This document shows, piece by piece, positions 62,911 through 64,000 of a stretch of DNA of 64,000 bases. Origin of the DNA: Mytilus californianus (lineage: Eukaryota); the NCBI RefSeq assembly GCF_021869535.1, contig NW_026262690.1, forward strand, positions 79,112,001-79,176,000, written 5' to 3'. A model generated the notes under the pieces. It did not search any database. It saw only the letters and a program-made list of their open reading frames with translations, and had not been told where the DNA came from. The position numbers and the translations under genes were made by a program. Position 1 is the stretch's first letter, and each line of letters starts with the position of its first letter.

Positions 62911-63685
62911 ATGATCAGTTATGCTTCAGTATATACGCAACCTCAATCAATTACATGCAGCGACGCAGGTCCAGACCCGGTATTGGTCTTGTTAGCATTT
63001 AATTAAGTTCTCATCGATGAATTCATGGATAAGGTTTCAAAATGATGTAACCATACCTGCCAAATTTAAGTGCAAGAGGACCTAATGCTCCTCTTATATT
63101 GTCATAAATGTTTTTAATCTACTACTTTATTATTTGAATAAGTATCTGTGGGCTCAAATACCATCTTAACTCATTTGAATGTCTGATTTGAGGTGTTAAA
63201 TTAATATAATAAAATATAAAAATTCAGGTCAACACCTCTAATGGGGGATATCCCCCATAAACCGGAATAGTTAGCAGGTCTGTGTAACCACAAATTCACG
63301 GAAAACTATCTCAAACCAAACTTTTTTTTAACTTGATATCGGTCAAAGACTGAAAGACAGTATGTTTTCCTGTTCTGTAAAGCAGAGCATAAACATTGCG
63401 TGGAATAGTGAATGATAAACCCGTTATCGATAGAAGTCACCCCAGAAGAGAAAAGATCCAACAAACAAAATCTAGTACTGAAAAGGATTGGCATGATATA
63501 CATATATATATATATATATATATAGAAGTCTATAAAAAGGACCAACCAGCAAATTTACTATGTACCGGATCGTCTAGAATAGACGATACTGTGCAGATAA
63601 GGAAAAAAATTATATAAGTCTAGAGATTTGCACAACGATACTAATATAAGATGGTATTATACGAAGATGTTGTTAATAAATCGTG

Positions 63686-63729
63686 TTGACAAATATTTCG
63701 GCTTAAAAAATAGCCTTCTTCGGTGTCAA
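63686..63729 (-). ncRNA. Minimal hammerhead-like motif (family 3) downstream of the GIY-YIG ORF; core has a U4C change
   Basis: The - strand reads TTGACA-CCGAAGA-A-GGCT-ATTTTTTA-AGCC-GAAA-TATT-TGTCAA. Perfect 6-bp stem I, 4-bp stem II, vestigial palindromic stem III. Confidence 0.55.
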
Positions 63730-63898
63730 TTATTTTAACAATACTGATAATATGTATAAAAATAGCTCAATAATACAGGTAAGTTTTGGTCTATTGATTT
63801 AATCCAAAATCCTGAACATCATAATATAAAACAAAACTCAATACTCAAATATACGTGACTGTGTATATTTACAACCCAAAATGAGTGAAAAATAAAAC

Positions 63899-64000
63899 TT
63901 AGTATTTTTTATTGATGCCGTTTGGATGATGTACATTTAGTTCCTTTATCCAAAAGCTTTCCCGAACCTGTCGCTGGGCATCACTCCAGTGAATGTTCTG
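63899..64000 (-). mobile_element. 3' end of a Penelope-like element ORF (GIY-YIG endonuclease C-terminus), running off the window
   Basis: QNIHWSDAQRQVRESFWIKELNVHHPNGINKKY* matches the R..RE.FWI..L....P.G(L/I)N terminus of PLE endonucleases. A hammerhead-like motif lies ~170 nt further 3'. Confidence 0.7.

Noticed and set aside
63306-63617. Overlapping ORFs around the (TA)n microsatellite
   Set aside because: They span a dinucleotide repeat, with no motif or consistent splice model.

Overview
AT-rich (roughly 30% GC) animal genomic DNA with spliceosomal GT-AG genes and many bivalve-type interspersed repeats; Mytilus-like mussel is my inference from repeat style, not a database result. I reconstructed four protein-coding genes by hand. 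Two are intact 13-exon phospholipase B1-like (SGNH/GDSL) paralogs on the + strand: A 3516-18109 (456 aa) and B 46962-60945 (470 aa). Each has a signal peptide, one SGNH domain, a stalk, a TM helix and a short tail. Between them are two paralogous, unidentified 7-TM genes on the - strand: A 22276-20362 (330 aa) and B 37642-36071 (301 aa), lying in a tandem segmental duplication. The PLB-B tail has two YxxL/I motifs in ITAM spacing (YQLL-x6-YTEI); the PLB-A tail fits an ITIM-like motif (SSYLKI). Other content: minimal hammerhead-ribozyme motifs in three repeat families, two Penelope-like retroelement coding fragments (an RT C-terminus and a GIY-YIG C-terminus), Helentron/HINE-like elements with internal tandem arrays, MITEs, long hairpins and two dead exon duplicates. 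All functional statements are inferences; no searches were run.
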